Made by a program: the position numbers and the translations under genes. From a virus (taxonomy: Duplodnaviria > Caudoviricetes), in the IMG/VR virus record IMGVR_UViG_3300011339_000663, positions 1-35,777 of that record: 35,777 nucleotides of DNA; one strand, written 5' to 3'. Below, in pieces: positions 35,376 through 35,777 of this stretch. The first letter of the stretch is position 1; every line of letters starts with the position of its first letter. Below the pieces are notes generated by a model. The model had not been told where the DNA came from. It did not search any database and worked only from the letters and a program-made list of their open reading frames with translations.

Positions 35376-35777
35376 TTGTTTCAAAGCCTGTGAGCCTCTC
35401 AACAGTTGTCCTGATGCTTTCTTGGTGCTTGTTCCTCCTGCTTACACTGAGGAAACAATAATCATAAACATCAACAAGGTTGGAATGAATGCTCGCATAA
35501 GCCAGCTTCTTGAGATTGACTATTTGGGTTTTGTAACCATTGACTTAGAAGGCTGTCCTGATGGATTTTTTAATCCTTATGCCGGTCAATATGAGTTAGA
35601 GTTCATAAATCCCACCACTAATAAGCTTTATGAATTCAAGGCTGTTGATGGTTTAACCTACTCAAACATTTGCTTCAGCTTTGCTCAAACCTACACAAGT
35701 GGTGAGGGCATCAATGAGGTGTTTCTAAATATCTTTACCGACTTAATCCCAGATCCTTATTATGTATGATGAACTCG
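34429..35777 (+). repeat. Imperfect terminal direct repeat, copy 2
   Basis: Colinear diverged copy of 1-1349. Confidence 0.95.
35356..35769 (+). CDS. Hypothetical protein, allele of 928-1341
   Basis: Same length and frame with conservative substitutions. Confidence 0.8.
   Translation: MAQCCNNCFKACEPLNSCPDAFLVLVPPAYTEETIIININKVGMNARISQLLEIDYLGFVTIDLEGCPDGFFNPYAGQYELEFINPTTNKLYEFKAVDGLTYSNICFSFAQTYTSGEGINEVFLNIFTDLIPDPYYV

Larger units (their letters stand above)
1..35777. mobile_element. Complete tailed phage genome (siphovirus-like, probable Bacteroidota host), 34,428 bp unit plus redundant end
   Basis: Terminase, tape measure, minor head, DnaB, Gp157 and endolysin genes; ends overlap at offset 34428; multiple TAnnTTTG promoter motifs. 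Confidence 0.95.

Noticed and set aside
34429-35777. DGR template/variable repeat pair
   Set aside because: Differences are not adenine-specific and are mostly synonymous; no reverse transcriptase seen
1-35777. Stop-codon reassignment
   Set aside because: Genes are long and densely packed under code 11, with TAA, TAG and TGA all used as stops

Overview
The window is an apparently complete, circularly permuted tailed-phage genome (unit length 34,428 bp), most likely a siphovirus of a Bacteroidota host given the TAnnTTTG promoters and A-rich starts. It is over-assembled by 1,349 bp: 1-1349 recurs colinearly at 34429-35777 but as a diverged allele, identical only for the first 127 nt. It encodes TerS/TerL, portal, minor head, scaffold, capsid, tape measure, tail, lysis (M15 peptidase), replication (DUF6291-type initiator with iterons, DnaB, Gp157, putative SSB, VRR-NUC), two glycosyltransferases and a methyltransferase. 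No integrase or DNA polymerase was recognised. Highlights: (1) TerL is fractured inside its Walker A motif by a naturally split intein whose halves flank an out-of-frame NUMOD4-HNH homing endonuclease; (2) an unannotated -1 frameshift product of the tail assembly chaperone; (3) an atypical CAT-anticodon tRNA with an extra D-loop hairpin; (4) a kissing-loop/attenuator-like RNA leader on the replication operon; (5) a DnaJ-like zinc finger inside the putative portal. All calls come from motif recognition and synteny by eye; no database searches were run.
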